A stretch of DNA of 63,989 nt, filler included, from Circinaria calcarea (lineage: Eukaryota), in NCBI GenBank assembly GCA_051942165.1. It is 4 parts of 4 records of this genome, joined end to end, with 100 filler letters (N's around TTAATTAATTAA, not from the genome) between each part and the next. Parts side by side here need not be neighbours in the genome. Positions count along the whole stretch, not along the records: positions 16,279 to 32,370 come from JAVECS010000332.1; positions 32,471 to 48,558 come from JAVECS010000333.1; 2 more parts are not named here. One strand, written 5' to 3'. Shown piece by piece: positions 25,566 to 37,073 of this stretch (position 1 is the stretch's first letter; every line of letters begins with the position of its first letter). A program made the translations under genes and the position numbers. The notes beneath the pieces were generated by a model that did no database searches, was not told the origin of the DNA, and saw nothing but the letters and a program-made list of their open reading frames with translations.

Positions 25566-27786
25566 TTATGTAGTCGCTTTGCCGCTAGTGACGCCTGCTT
25601 CTGGCTCGACGTCTTTCCCAGCATTCGGGTTCAAGGGATGTGCAGGATCATATCCCACAGTCTTTACTATTCCCAGTCCTTTGGTTCGGCCTTCACGGAA
25701 CAGTATCCGATCCCCTAGACAAAGGTACTCTGGCCGTTGAACGAAGCGAAAAGCAACGGTAGCGCGATCACCAGTCCGAATGAAAGCCCTGTCGATGTCT
25801 ATGATTGCGCAGGTCTGAGAGACGGGACCAACGTGAAGCATGGCTTGGTACTTGGTCTTAATGGTGGTGGCGTGACTTAGGATCAAAACTGCTTCTAGTA
25901 AGCGGTGAAGGGTGGCTTGAAGCTTCGAAAGTGCCTACCTTCTGCTACAAACTCTCGATAAACCTTTGGCGGCGTGTCAAGTTTGGGTAAGACGACCATC
26001 CCTTTCCTCACCTCTTTCCGCCTCACCCGCTTGAGCGCGAATGAGGCTGATTGACCAGCAGAGCATACTGATACCGGTATTCTTTTTCGTTCAATTGATC
26101 TAATATGGGTGGTGGTGAACTGACCTAGAGAGTCGGGCCCGATAAGTACAGGGTCACCCGAATGTATAACCCCTAAAATCAACGTTACCTTCCCAGTCAA
26201 TTTCGCTGGACGGTAAGAACGTACCGCTTTTGACTACTCCAGAGACAACAGTCCCTACGAATGGAACAGAAAATGTGTCATTAACATGGAATTCGAATGG
26301 CGCTTCAGTGTCATAGTGACCATGATGAGGCAAGATATTCAAAAACGTTCGCACCAAATCAAGGCTTTCTCCGGTCACATTCGAGACCTGGAAGACCGGG
26401 CATATCCTTTGACTGATGAATTGTGTCGCAGTATTGATAGTGTCTTCGCGGGTCTTTATAAAGATAGGAATTTTCCTTGCTCCGGGAGATTTGAGTATTC
26501 GAGTCAGCTGGGTGATGGTTTGCTGCAGAATCTGAGGTGGGCAGATGTCGATTTTGGTAATGACTACCATGACAGGGACATTAAGTGCTAGAGCGATCCC
26601 AAGATGCTCTCTGTAGGAATCCAGTCAGACATAGGCACTTTGTTAACAGTTGAGAACGCAGAGGCATACTTGCTCATACCTATCAGGCCGTTATTCGCAG
26701 CTACCATGAGCAAACAGTAATTAGGGCTACTGCTAAGTAGACCAAAGACTGTTGTACGGAGATAGCGCTCATGACCAGCCAGATCGGTGAAGCTGATGAC
26801 TTTTGCCTATTCGTGTCAGTATGAGTCTAGTACGGGTTTCATGAGTTCCACCGACAGCACGGTTCCCAATCTCCTCCCATGATAGTTTTCGTCCAGGTAC
26901 ATTGGACGCTATCACATCCCCAAGTGTGTCGAACCCCATGATTTCCATACCCACAGAGCTGGTCCGTCCGCTCTCGATCTCATGTTTGTGTCGAAAGAGA
27001 TTAACACGCGCTTTTCCTCTACCGTCATCAAGGTTACCTTTCACTAGAACCCCAAGCATGGTACTCTTCCCGGCGTCGACTAAATACATGAGCAACAGCC
27101 CCTTCTATACGTCAAGAATTCTTGACATACCATTTCCTACAACTGCTATTCGTGTCTCAATCACGTCCTCAGCGGTCTTTGGTCTTTGACGAATCATTAT
27201 CTTCCCACTTGCGCCCTTGTCTTTTTCATTGAGTGCGCCCACCTCCTCATCACCTCCAACGTTTCTCGTCATCAATATTCGACAATCGGCGTTCAACATG
27301 TTCGCAGCCCGCCGTATCCTATCCAAAGACACCTCCCACTCTTCTTTCGTGAACCCCATTGACTCCCCATTATCTTCCTGTCCGAGATCAAAGAGCGTTT
27401 CGCCATGGCCTTCTAGGATACGACTGTACAGCAGATTGCTTAACTGCAATAACGTATCTTCGGCCTCGGCGCCCGTGTCTAGAAGCAAATCTCTGAGTCG
27501 AAGATGCGCAGATGTTTCGGACAGGTTAAGAGTATCTAGAATATCAAGCTCGGCATGGTCCTCAGTAGTGGTACTCTGGGTCGAGTATCCACTGTCACTT
27601 GGCGCAACTGAGCTCGCCCTGCTAGGATATGGCCGTTTGGACTGTTGCTTCTCCACATATTCGGCGAACTCACTCAGCGCCTAGTCGAGGTTGTCAGGTA
27701 AGGCCTGTTACGTTTGTGTTGGGTGACTGTACCGACTCGCCCTTTCGCCTCTCCTGCATCGTCTGCTTTTGCGCGCGATTAGCCAT
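25566..27786 (-). CDS. GTPBP1: GTP-binding protein 1/2 (translational GTPase); multi-exon
   Basis: [68 protein letters not shown] and [11 protein letters not shown]. Confidence 0.93.
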
Positions 27787-28271
27787 GTTCAATCACACCT
27801 TCGCAAGCGTCAACGCGGCACTAGTGTATTCGTAATATCATTGGGACTGATCGGGAAGACGCGCAAGGTTTTGTTGTAAAGGTATCAGGCTATGGGAAGG
27901 CAGACAGATGCACTGGGGCGAGGGCATGTTTATAAAGGGAGAGACAACAGTATATCGATTGGTCAAAGTATGACGCATGATGTTGACTCAAGTATAGCCG
28001 AGCTTTGTCACGTGATGTATCTAATTGCTGGCCGATTTTATGAGTCAAATCTGCCTGCCGCAAATGTACTCGCAACTATCCTCTCAACGCCAAACGACTC
28101 CTATGCAGGAGTTGGCCTCTCTGCTATCATCCTCTCTGATGTCGTCCTCATCCTGCTTCAATATCTAACGGAGGGACCGAACCCTATACTCGGTCATGCC
28201 AACCCATTTGCCTTCAAGAGGATGATGACACATACTCTCGTCCTACTCCGGGCGTAAATCTTTTCCAACCC

Positions 28272-28769
28272 TCAAGTGGATGCTTGCGGTGAAATTAAGA
28301 CCACAGAGTCCCCTAACGTTCGTCAACGCGCCAATTCTAGGACAACCACAGCTCATCCGGACTATTATCCTTACCCCGAACGAATAGCATTTCTGACTGC
28401 TTTTTGATAGTCTAATGGTATCTTTAGCATGGCCATCTTCCGCCTCATTAGTGGGGCAGACCTTTACTGTCTCCTGCTCGTCATCGTCCTCCTCGACGAC
28501 ATAAATTGTCTCCTCGACTTCACCTAGCACTAGATTGCAATGACTGTCGTACGCCTGAATCTAAAAGTCAGCTTTGCTTATGGACAGCATATAGACATAT
28601 AAGATAGTGTAAAGATTTAAAGCGAAGAAACGCAGACACACACATGTAATCTTCCTTTGAGTTCCCTATCTCCTCTTAATTTCACAAATACAGTTTCATC
28701 CAGAGACAAACGAACTAGATCCAGAGGCTCAGAAACAGGCGCTGAATCTCCATCCCCAGCGTCTGCCAT
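28272..28769 (-). CDS. LSM3: U6 snRNA-associated Sm-like protein LSm3; 4 exons
   Basis: [60 protein letters not shown]...|[25 protein letters not shown]. Confidence 0.95.
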
Positions 28770-29001
28770 CTGATTAGAATTCTCAGGATCTTAATGCAAA
28801 ATTTTGAGCTACTCTTGTTTGGGGGTGTACATGTACGGGTAGAGTATCTATCTCGTATCATATATTGTAGTCTTGGCGGAATACGAACTAGCGCGTCCAA
28901 ATCCCGCGTAGAATACGGCAAAACCCGGTCAAATTCCTTTCGAAGTTGTAAAGTTGCGTGTGTAGATATTTCGATCATGGTCACGGGGCGCACATCAATT
29001 G

Positions 29002-30921
29002 ATGCTCCTACCGCTTCTGAGAAATGCGGCAATCCGGTCTCGAGGTAGATTTGCAGCCCACACCCTTTTACCGCTATCGCAAAACACGGTAGTTCACCGT
29101 CTACGAAGATCCACTGCGACATTGGGCATCCCCAACGGAGTTCTGAGCTGGCCATCGAACGCCGATTACGTTTCACACCCTCCGAGAGAGGATCGACTTC
29201 CTTTACAGCATGACATCGAGAACCGGAAGAAACCTGTTCGGAGAGCGGACGTTGTTTCTAAGACAGAGCAGGTACCGGAGGCATTTCAGGAGGATGGTGC
29301 GGCCGTCTCTGTCAAAATCGGGCAAGCTTCGACTGCAGAGACTTTGACACTCCGAGACACTACGAGAAGGTCATATGAGGATGTGCTGGATACATTACAG
29401 GAGGAGGAGCCACAGCTACTCCTAAAGGCATTCCTCCAGGCATCCGAGGACCCAGATTTTCTCCGGTCCCTTCCGGCAACCACAGTCAGCGAAATCCTCC
29501 GTGTATTTGATCCTAAGCACTTCATAGACCCATTTAAGATTATCCATCGAGATTTGCATCCATGGCAAATCAGTTATCGGCACGATGACACTCGCCAATT
29601 GAAAGACGTGTTTGTTGATTTCACCCGTGCGATCGAGGTCTTATTAACGAGATGGAGACAAACCGGTCGAAGTTTTGGTCTCGCAGAGTATAAGATCCTC
29701 CTGAACATCGTCAGGGCAACAGGAGATGGTGAAACAGCAGACATTCTGTACCGAGCTATGCGGATGGATGGTATCCAGCTGGACACGACTTGTTGGAATT
29801 ACTTTTTCGAAGCTAGATGCTGGTCACATGCCTATGATCCAATTGCGCGACACAAGCTGAGGGTCATACCCTATCATATGGTTTCCCGGCTACCTGTCAA
29901 ACGGGGGAGGGAGCCACGTCCAGGCTTCGGGAACTACTACACCGGTGACACGGGGTTGAAGACCGAGATGATCAAAAAGTTTGATATCATGGTGAAGCGT
30001 GGGACAACCGCAGATGCGACCACTTTCAGTATGCTTATTGTAGCAATGGGCAGAGAGGGAGATATGGCAGGTGTCAGGTCCATACTACGAAAGGTGTGGG
30101 ATATCGACGTAGACGCCATTCTGGAACTAGACGACGATTCATTTATTACCAACAACCAGCCCTCGCGCCAATCTCCGTCATATCCAACTCAACATCTCCT
30201 CTTCACCCTCGCTCATGTGTTTGGATCAAACAACGAGCTACCAGCCGCACTGCGCATCATTGATTACATTTCCCGCAAATACAGTGTCGAGATCGACAAT
30301 GAAACATGGGCTCAACTTTTCGAATGGACATTTGTTCTCTCAACACCTCGGTACAAAGGAAGGAAGTCCGATGGAGCCCAACTGGGACAATTACCTTTAG
30401 CGAGTGTGGAGAATCTATGGAACACCATGACATCGGAACCGTACAACGTTAAACCGACGATGCCAATGTATAACCGGCGGATTCGTAATCTCTGGAAGCG
30501 GCAAATGCTTGATCCCATGCTGGAGGCGATGCGGGCAGGAAAGAAACTACATAATCAACAGGTGAAACGTTCTCGAGCAATGGTAAAGGATCTACCGGAA
30601 GAGATCAGCATGGACGGCGCTAGTGAACTTAGCCCATTGTCATTGTTTCCAACCTCTCTAACGTCAGCAAGGCATCATGAGATGGAGCTACAACAGCTGT
30701 ATGGCTATCGCGACTTTCTTATGGTTTCACGCTGGGTTCGACTTCTTATGGCAGGTAGTCGATGGGGAGGATCAGGCGAGGCTACTTTGAGATGGCAGCG
30801 CATCGGAGCACCAAATGTCGTCGCCGAATTTTGGCACTTTCGGCCGAGAGAAGGTTTCGCATATAGAATCGCTACGGGGAGGATACAGTTTCATACTTTT
30901 ACAGTGATGATGACCTCCTAG
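29002..30921 (+). CDS. AEP2: Mitochondrial ATPase expression protein 2 (PPR-like, ATP13 family)
   Basis: Single 640-aa ORF with a presequence, PPR-like helices, GREGDMAGVRSILRKVWDIDV, and SPSYPTQHLLFTLAHVFGSNNELPAALRIIDYISRKYSV...WAQLFEWTFV. Confidence 0.8.
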   Translation: MLLPLLRNAAIRSRGRFAAHTLLPLSQNTVVHRLRRSTATLGIPNGVLSWPSNADYVSHPPREDRLPLQHDIENRKKPVRRADVVSKTEQVPEAFQEDGAAVSVKIGQASTAETLTLRDTTRRSYEDVLDTLQEEEPQLLLKAFLQASEDPDFLRSLPATTVSEILRVFDPKHFIDPFKIIHRDLHPWQISYRHDDTRQLKDVFVDFTRAIEVLLTRWRQTGRSFGLAEYKILLNIVRATGDGETADILYRAMRMDGIQLDTTCWNYFFEARCWSHAYDPIARHKLRVIPYHMVSRLPVKRGREPRPGFGNYYTGDTGLKTEMIKKFDIMVKRGTTADATTFSMLIVAMGREGDMAGVRSILRKVWDIDVDAILELDDDSFITNNQPSRQSPSYPTQHLLFTLAHVFGSNNELPAALRIIDYISRKYSVEIDNETWAQLFEWTFVLSTPRYKGRKSDGAQLGQLPLASVENLWNTMTSEPYNVKPTMPMYNRRIRNLWKRQMLDPMLEAMRAGKKLHNQQVKRSRAMVKDLPEEISMDGASELSPLSLFPTSLTSARHHEMELQQLYGYRDFLMVSRWVRLLMAGSRWGGSGEATLRWQRIGAPNVVAEFWHFRPREGFAYRIATGRIQFHTFTVMMTS

Positions 30922-31564
30922 TGAGACCGCATTGCGTGGCCTGGAGCAAAGTTGGCGTTTTTTATCCAGAGGCATAGAGTATCACGGTAGGGATGCAGAT
31001 AAGAAGTCAGCGGCATTTGGAAGCATTAGGTGGCGCCTTGGGTGGCTGAGCTGATGTTTTGGAAGGCAGGGATTCAACGGAACATACTTGTACACATCTG
31101 TACATATAGAGGTAGATGATCAGCGGCAATTCCTCGTACGACCAGTACTTCTGCCATGTCTTGCTCTGCTACAATGCGGCCTAGCTATCGAGTGGTGCCA
31201 AGTATAGACAACCAAGTGTCACTTCTTTGTCCGCATTGCTTTGTCTTTCACCGCGTTTAGTGGTTCTTCCCCCACGCTCCACTTTTCTTCACAATAAGTA
31301 CTTAGTAAAGTCCTTACGTATAAGTCAATAATCATTCTCGGGTGCTGGCTCTGATCAAGAGAGATGGCTTCATTTCCGGCTCCTCTCGTTAACAAAAAGG
31401 TCCGGTGGCGATAGAGCTACCTACCTCTATCTTCGAGACTCCACGCATCCATATGTCATACGGTCCTTACGGGATGGTGTGCATCTGCCTGCATACATAC
31501 ATATATATCAACTCATGTTGGCAGGAAGCGTTACTTCCGGCGCCCGACCTTCTAAAATTATCCA

Positions 31565-32370
31565 ATCCCAAGGATGGACGGTAGTGTCCCTACTACCTAT
31601 CCGGCGAGTACGAACGCCTCGAAGCACACCTTCGAACCGAGAAACCCTACCTGTTCTGCTCCTACGTTACACCTCCTCTCCTGTTGTTCACCGGTAAGGA
31701 TTGGATCTCGTGGGCCAAGAAGGCGAATCCTTTCTAACGCTTCGCTTCTGGCATAGGAGATCTCCGTCGACTCTTTGCTCCCTACAAACTTTGGGGGTAA
31801 AATCTTCCTGGAGTGAAACGGAGAGAGGGGTTCAAAGTTTGAGTATGTGACTGGTAGTAGAGTTGGGGGCTATGAGAGAACCTAGAGCAGTCCTCTTGGT
31901 GTGCAGAGTACTTTAGAAGCCGCCGAACTTTCCTCACTCTCCATAATCAAACATATGAGTTTTCGTAATCGCAGCGCACCGGAAGACACCAGTAACTCGG
32001 GGAACGAGAATTTGTGAGATTTACTATTTGAAAACTCAAAACGTTGTGAATCTGAATCTCAAACAACAGTCACATCGAGTCCTTTTATCTTGAAAATAAC
32101 GCCATCTCTCCCCGAAATTTGAAGCTTACCGCATATAGGGCATCTTGTATTGGCGTTGAGATTCACTAGACAAGCGTATTCAGCTGCAATGGAACTGGTA
32201 AAATCAAGAGGAGCACGTTTCCCGAAGGACGTGTGGGAATGTGTGGAATGAGGATTGGTTTTTTAGGGAGGGAAGGGACATAGGAGTGGGAGTAACGCAT
32301 GACAGGGGTGGTTCGGGGCGTTCGTACTCGCCGGATAGGTAGTAGGGACACTACCGTCCATCCTTGGGAT
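31565..32370. repeat. Inverted repeat: 31565-31618 is the exact reverse complement of 32317-32370 (54 bp), extending to the contig end
   Basis: atcccaaggatggacggtagtgtccctactacctatccggcgagtacgaacgcc occurs on both strands. Confidence 0.92.
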
Positions 32371-32470
32371 NNNNNNNNNNNNNNNNNNNNNNNNNNNNNN
32401 NNNNNNNNNNNNNNTTAATTAATTAANNNNNNNNNNNNNNNNNNNNNNNNNNNNNNNNNNNNNNNNNNNN
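32371..32470. other. Artificial contig-joining spacer
   Basis: 44N-TTAATTAATTAA-44N. Confidence 0.97.
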
Positions 32471-32479
32471 CCTTTATAG

Positions 32480-33274
32480 GGGTATATTCTGGAGGCCTCT
32501 CCTTTACCAAAGCTTCCAGTCACCGCTTTTAAACCGGTTGAAGCTCGACAAAAGGCTTTTTGCGTTACACTTGACTATCAATCCCATGAAGATTCGAAAG
32601 TAAATGGTAGAAACTCCAATATAAAGTATAGCGTGGGCTTTCCGAGATATCCTATTGTTCTTCTGCTAGATGGAATAGTAAGTGGAAGCGGGACCCTCTT
32701 GCTTCTCTAAATACTTTTGCATATGCCTGACCCTAGGCAGCTTGACCCTGGAAACCTTGGGGCCATCCTCCGCACCGCTTACTTCCTCGGTATCGACGCA
32801 GTTGCAATCTCAAACCGCAACAGCGCCCCACTCACCCCCGTAACTCTCAAAGCCTCCGCTGGCGCCTGCGAAAGCCTTCCGCTCCTCTCCATCAGTCATC
32901 CGGGGGCCTTTATCGATGAATGTCAGAAAAATGGCTGGAAATTCTACGCTGCTGTGGCGAGCCATACTAATCCTACTGAACAACCTCAATTCACGATTTC
33001 AAACATTAATAGTCCAGCGAGGAAGCATCCATGCGTTTTGATGCTAGGTGGTGAAGGGGAAGGTTTAAGGTGGAACTTACAGAAGAAAGCTGATTTCTTG
33101 CTCAGCATTGAAGGGCAGCGAAGTGGGCAAGGAGGAGTAGACAGCTTGAACGTCAGCGTTGCTGCAGGTCTGTTATGTGATGCATTTCTACGGAAACCAG
33201 CGAAGCATGTTATGGAAATATCCAAAACAGCTCCCGTAGAGAGGGTTGCAATCGGCGAGGAGGCTCTGTTCTAA
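32480..33274 (+). CDS. MRM1: Mitochondrial rRNA methyltransferase (SpoU/TrmH family), 5' part missing at the contig edge
   Basis: GYILEASPLPKLP, YPIVLLLDGI|LDPGNLGAILRTAYFLG, KASAGACE, LMLGGEGEGLR and VDSLNVSVAAGLL. Confidence 0.9.
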
Positions 33275-33792
33275 TTTGTTTCTATTCAGACTCCGTTCAT
33301 GTATATTATCGCGAGTTTTCCGCCACCCATGTGTCCTTTGAAATCCTTGATACCTTGACCGCCGTCTTTTCACACTTATTCGTTGTCCCTTTGACATTGT
33401 TCATCGATTCTTTGACAATGTCTGTCATCCCTTTATGACTTGTCCATTGTCCCTTTGACACCCCTTGGACAGTGTCAATGGCCCCTTCAACCTTATTTTG
33501 CTCTTCCTTTGACAACTCAGAGCTTGTATTGGACAACATCGACTCGAGACAATGTACACTCCATTCTCTCAACTGGACAATGCCACCACCCCTTTTTCGA
33601 CTATAAAAGTCTTCTCCGAGTCCTCCCTTCCCCTTCCCTTCTCCATCAAGTCCCACTAACATCAACCACAACCAACGTTCTCAACACATCAATTGAAACC
33701 GGGAAACAGAAAAGATCAACTTTCTCACACACTTCTCTCCCAAAGCACGAAAAACACTCTCCACAGCCTCAAAACCCTAATCGACCGCAGCC

Positions 33793-34374
33793 ATGTCCTC
33801 CTACTACTCCAGCTCCAGCTCCAGCAAACCCAGCCGCTCCTCCAGCTACCGCTCCAGCAGCCGGTACGCAGGGGAGAGCGCCAGCAGCCGCTACCCAGGA
33901 GAGGCCAAGAGCAGCCGCTACGGAGAAAGCAGCAGCAGCCGCTACGGGGGAGAAAGCAGCAGCAGCATCCGCTACCCACGTGAGAGCGCCAGCACTCGCG
34001 ACCGCGACCCATACTACACCTCCTCCTCCAGCAGCAGCAGCCGCCGCCAGCACGACCCCTACATGGGCTCGTCCGGCTACCAAGACCCATCCACCTCCCG
34101 CTCCAGCTACTCCCGCCGTGACTCGCTCGCCGCCCTCTCGGACATCAAGGACCGCTCACACGATCCCTACGGCCGCCACGAACGCGCCCGCTACCCGGAG
34201 AGCCGGGCGCTCACACCGCCAGGGGAACGGGGCAGCGGGCGGAGGGGGAGCAGCTACCGCCGGGACGAGAGCGAGGGCCTTTCGAGGTACTCGCTCGACT
34301 TCTACAACTCGCTGGATCCGTACGCAGACAAGGTGAAGGCGGAGGGAGAGGGTGAGAGGTATTTGCGGTACTAA
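33793..34374 (+). CDS. Ser/Arg/Tyr-rich low-complexity protein with SSRYxGE repeats (orphan-like)
   Basis: Intronless 193-aa ORF with a strong C/G-ending codon bias, GCCATG start context, and an upstream TATAAAA at ~33602. Confidence 0.65.
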   Translation: MSSYYSSSSSSKPSRSSSYRSSSRYAGESASSRYPGEAKSSRYGESSSSRYGGESSSSIRYPRESASTRDRDPYYTSSSSSSSRRQHDPYMGSSGYQDPSTSRSSYSRRDSLAALSDIKDRSHDPYGRHERARYPESRALTPPGERGSGRRGSSYRRDESEGLSRYSLDFYNSLDPYADKVKAEGEGERYLRY

Positions 34375-35729
34375 GGGGTGTACGCGGCAAATAGGAGACA
34401 AGGAAAAGGGGCGAGATAGATTGGGGGCGTTTTCTTCTGGGATAAGGGGGCGTTAAGGGGCTCTCTTGGGTTATAGATGAGATAGATTTGCGGGAGTAGT
34501 AATTAAACCAGGAACTTTTTCTTTCTAAAGTGTGCGCGAAATAAATGAGAGTGATATTGAAACCGATTAGTTGCTTGCTATAGGTATTGAACCAAGACTC
34601 GCATGAACAATGGGCTTTGTTAAAAGCCGTGAATGAATTGCCCTTTCACGAGAGAGCTCTCATTCCTTGTTTACCAAGAACTTGTCTTCAAATGGCGGAG
34701 TCAAGGAGGACAACAAAGAATCTTGCCTTGAGAAATAGTCGAAAGACGCTGCTACTTAGTGAATGTAGGAGCGAAGGTTTTCTAAAACGCAATCCTTCGC
34801 CGCAGGAAGGACACGGCAAGGTGTGAAACGGGAGTTCTAGCCTGTACAAGAAGGTGGCGGAGTTGCAAGTACGATTCCCGAATTCAACTCCATATCACGG
34901 GGCAATCTCCAATATCCGCTTCAAGTTTGACTCATCCCTGGCTTTCCGGGTCCAATACGTTTTTTCTTCCGGAAAAGGGTAGTTGCATTGCGTCAAGAGA
35001 TCCTCGAGGCTTGAATGACAGGGTTGAAACGGCAGACTATGGATCGATTGCCAATGAATCAGTATCTTTGACTCAGGGCTTGAGAGCTGGTCAGGGATAC
35101 TAGATAGGGGCACATCTGGTAATGCGTCAAAGAGGAGATCTTTAAAGAGCATGCAACGAGCATTATAAGCCTCTGACCAATGAACATTACCAGAGCCTAT
35201 AGAAAACTTTCTTTCCGTCCTGGGATTAGACCTCCATCCTCGGAGTAGTTTACTGGCGACATTGATACTGAGTTATGTGATCACATGTATCTTATCAACC
35301 CTAGAAGTCTATAGCTAGCCACCGTAAACTCGTTATTGATCCCCAAATAGAAAGGCGGCTTATAGAGTGACCGGTGGGGTGAGCGTGCTTTGCTATATGG
35401 ATTAGCACGGACGAAATCGGTTGAATGTCATTTTACCCCTATTGTAATGCCACGGTAACGACAATAGAGAAGAGAACTCAAAGAGAGTTGTTTACCATGG
35501 CGCATATGTATCTATGAACAGCATGCTTTTACCCTTGATGAGGAAGTGAACAGATTGTGGAGCAGATCTCAGCGGCAAGAACATCGGTACATCGTGGAGT
35601 GGTCAATGTTATTTTGACTGCTATAGAGATCTAAAATTTCAAGTCAGGCTTAAGTTTCTGGTTTCGGTTAATAAGACGCTCTTCAGGCACAAATTCGATC
35701 AGCATCAGACAATGAAGCAACAGGCGTTG

Positions 35730-37073
35730 TCAAGGATTGTAGTGACCGGACTGATAGACAGTGATATTTACATGTGGCGGTAGTGCATTGAGCCCTGCAA
35801 GACAGCTGTGAATCAGCACTTTCATCATAGTTCAGATCCCCTCATAAGGAAAAGATGTATAGGAGTTTCCAGACTCACCACTGAGTGGGTCGGCCCTCCT
35901 AAGTTGTCGGCCACGAAGGTCTGGTGCCACTTGGGGCCCGTAGTAAGCTTTACCACCTCTAGATGACTTGAGCGGATTAGAGACACAAATGTCCACAAGC
36001 GTCTCGAGTGCGGCTCTGATTTGCGCCCACGTGATAACTACTGGAATTTCGGCGGAGATGGCAACACCGCAGTCCTTCAAAGTAAGAACTTTAGATGCAC
36101 CCAGTCCAATAGCTACCGTGTCAGATGGGGCCCCGAGTTGTGAGTAGTCCAATTGAGAGCAATCAGCTGCGTGGGGGGCTCCCAGATTCGCATTACAGGC
36201 ATAAGTCATTTTATCAGAATCCTGTAGAGTATTTTTCCTCCACCACGGTATGTCTCCACCGCGGCGCATTGCCAAAGCTCGGTAGCTCAACCATGAAGTC
36301 ATACTTTGAAGTCGCCATTGTTGAACGGAGTTCACATGTCGATTCTCGCTCCAGAAGGCCCATAACCAGCCAGAGATGGTGACGCCGACTGATGGATCGA
36401 AGTTACCCGGAGCCGGCTTCTGCTCTGTCCTAGAAGTTACAGTCACCGTAAGAAAAGTAGTTGATGTTGCTATTAGATCAGCATCACATTAGACTGGTCC
36501 TCGAGAGAAGTGAGTGGATGGGTGACCTTACGATAAGTCGCATCCAGTACTGATGGGTTGTGAACAAGCCAGTTCAACACTTGCTGGATGTTTTTCGTAA
36601 CAAATCCCCCAACACCTGCGCGAAGTACACATTCATCTATGACCCAGCTCGCCATCTCACGAAGCTCGGAAGGAACGATAGTCATAGTCGGAGGTACATT
36701 AGGACCTAGAGAATGTAATCAGCTGAACGAAATCTCGGGATACCCAGCTTTATGGGGATCTAACCCGCCGCGTCGTAAGTTATTGTGCAAGAACCTATAT
36801 ACTCACATAAGCTCAGGACATATCTAAGCAAGTCTAATGTTCTGCCAACTAACCATGTGTCAACTTGTAAGGTAAAACGTATCGGCGATGGATCGGCTGA
36901 TCACCACCGGCAGCGTCAGTATAGAACACAGTGGGATCGGACGCTCTAGGGAGGCGCCGTTCCGCTTGGATGCAGTCTGCTATGGCGACGCGTGATCCGT
37001 AAAAAGGGTTGCAAATAGTGAAATCGGGTAGGACAGGTGCTAAAGGGTTATGTGCAACCCCATTTACTGCCAT
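35730..37073 (-). CDS. Cys-containing hypothetical protein; multi-exon; the start may lie further upstream
   Basis: Exons joined by GT-AG introns: LPDFTICNPFYGSRVAIADC, PSELREMASWVIDECV...GVGGFVT, MTYACNANLGAPHAADCSQLDYSQLG, TWAQIRAALETLVDICV...GG and GLNALPPHVNIT. Confidence 0.65.

Noticed and set aside
33440..34336. 298-aa Ala/Pro/Thr-rich ORF and the antisense Cys/Ala-rich ORFs
   Set aside because: Alternative frames of the GC-rich SSRY-repeat gene. The 298-aa ORF has a non-ATG start, and the ATG frame at 33793 has the better context.
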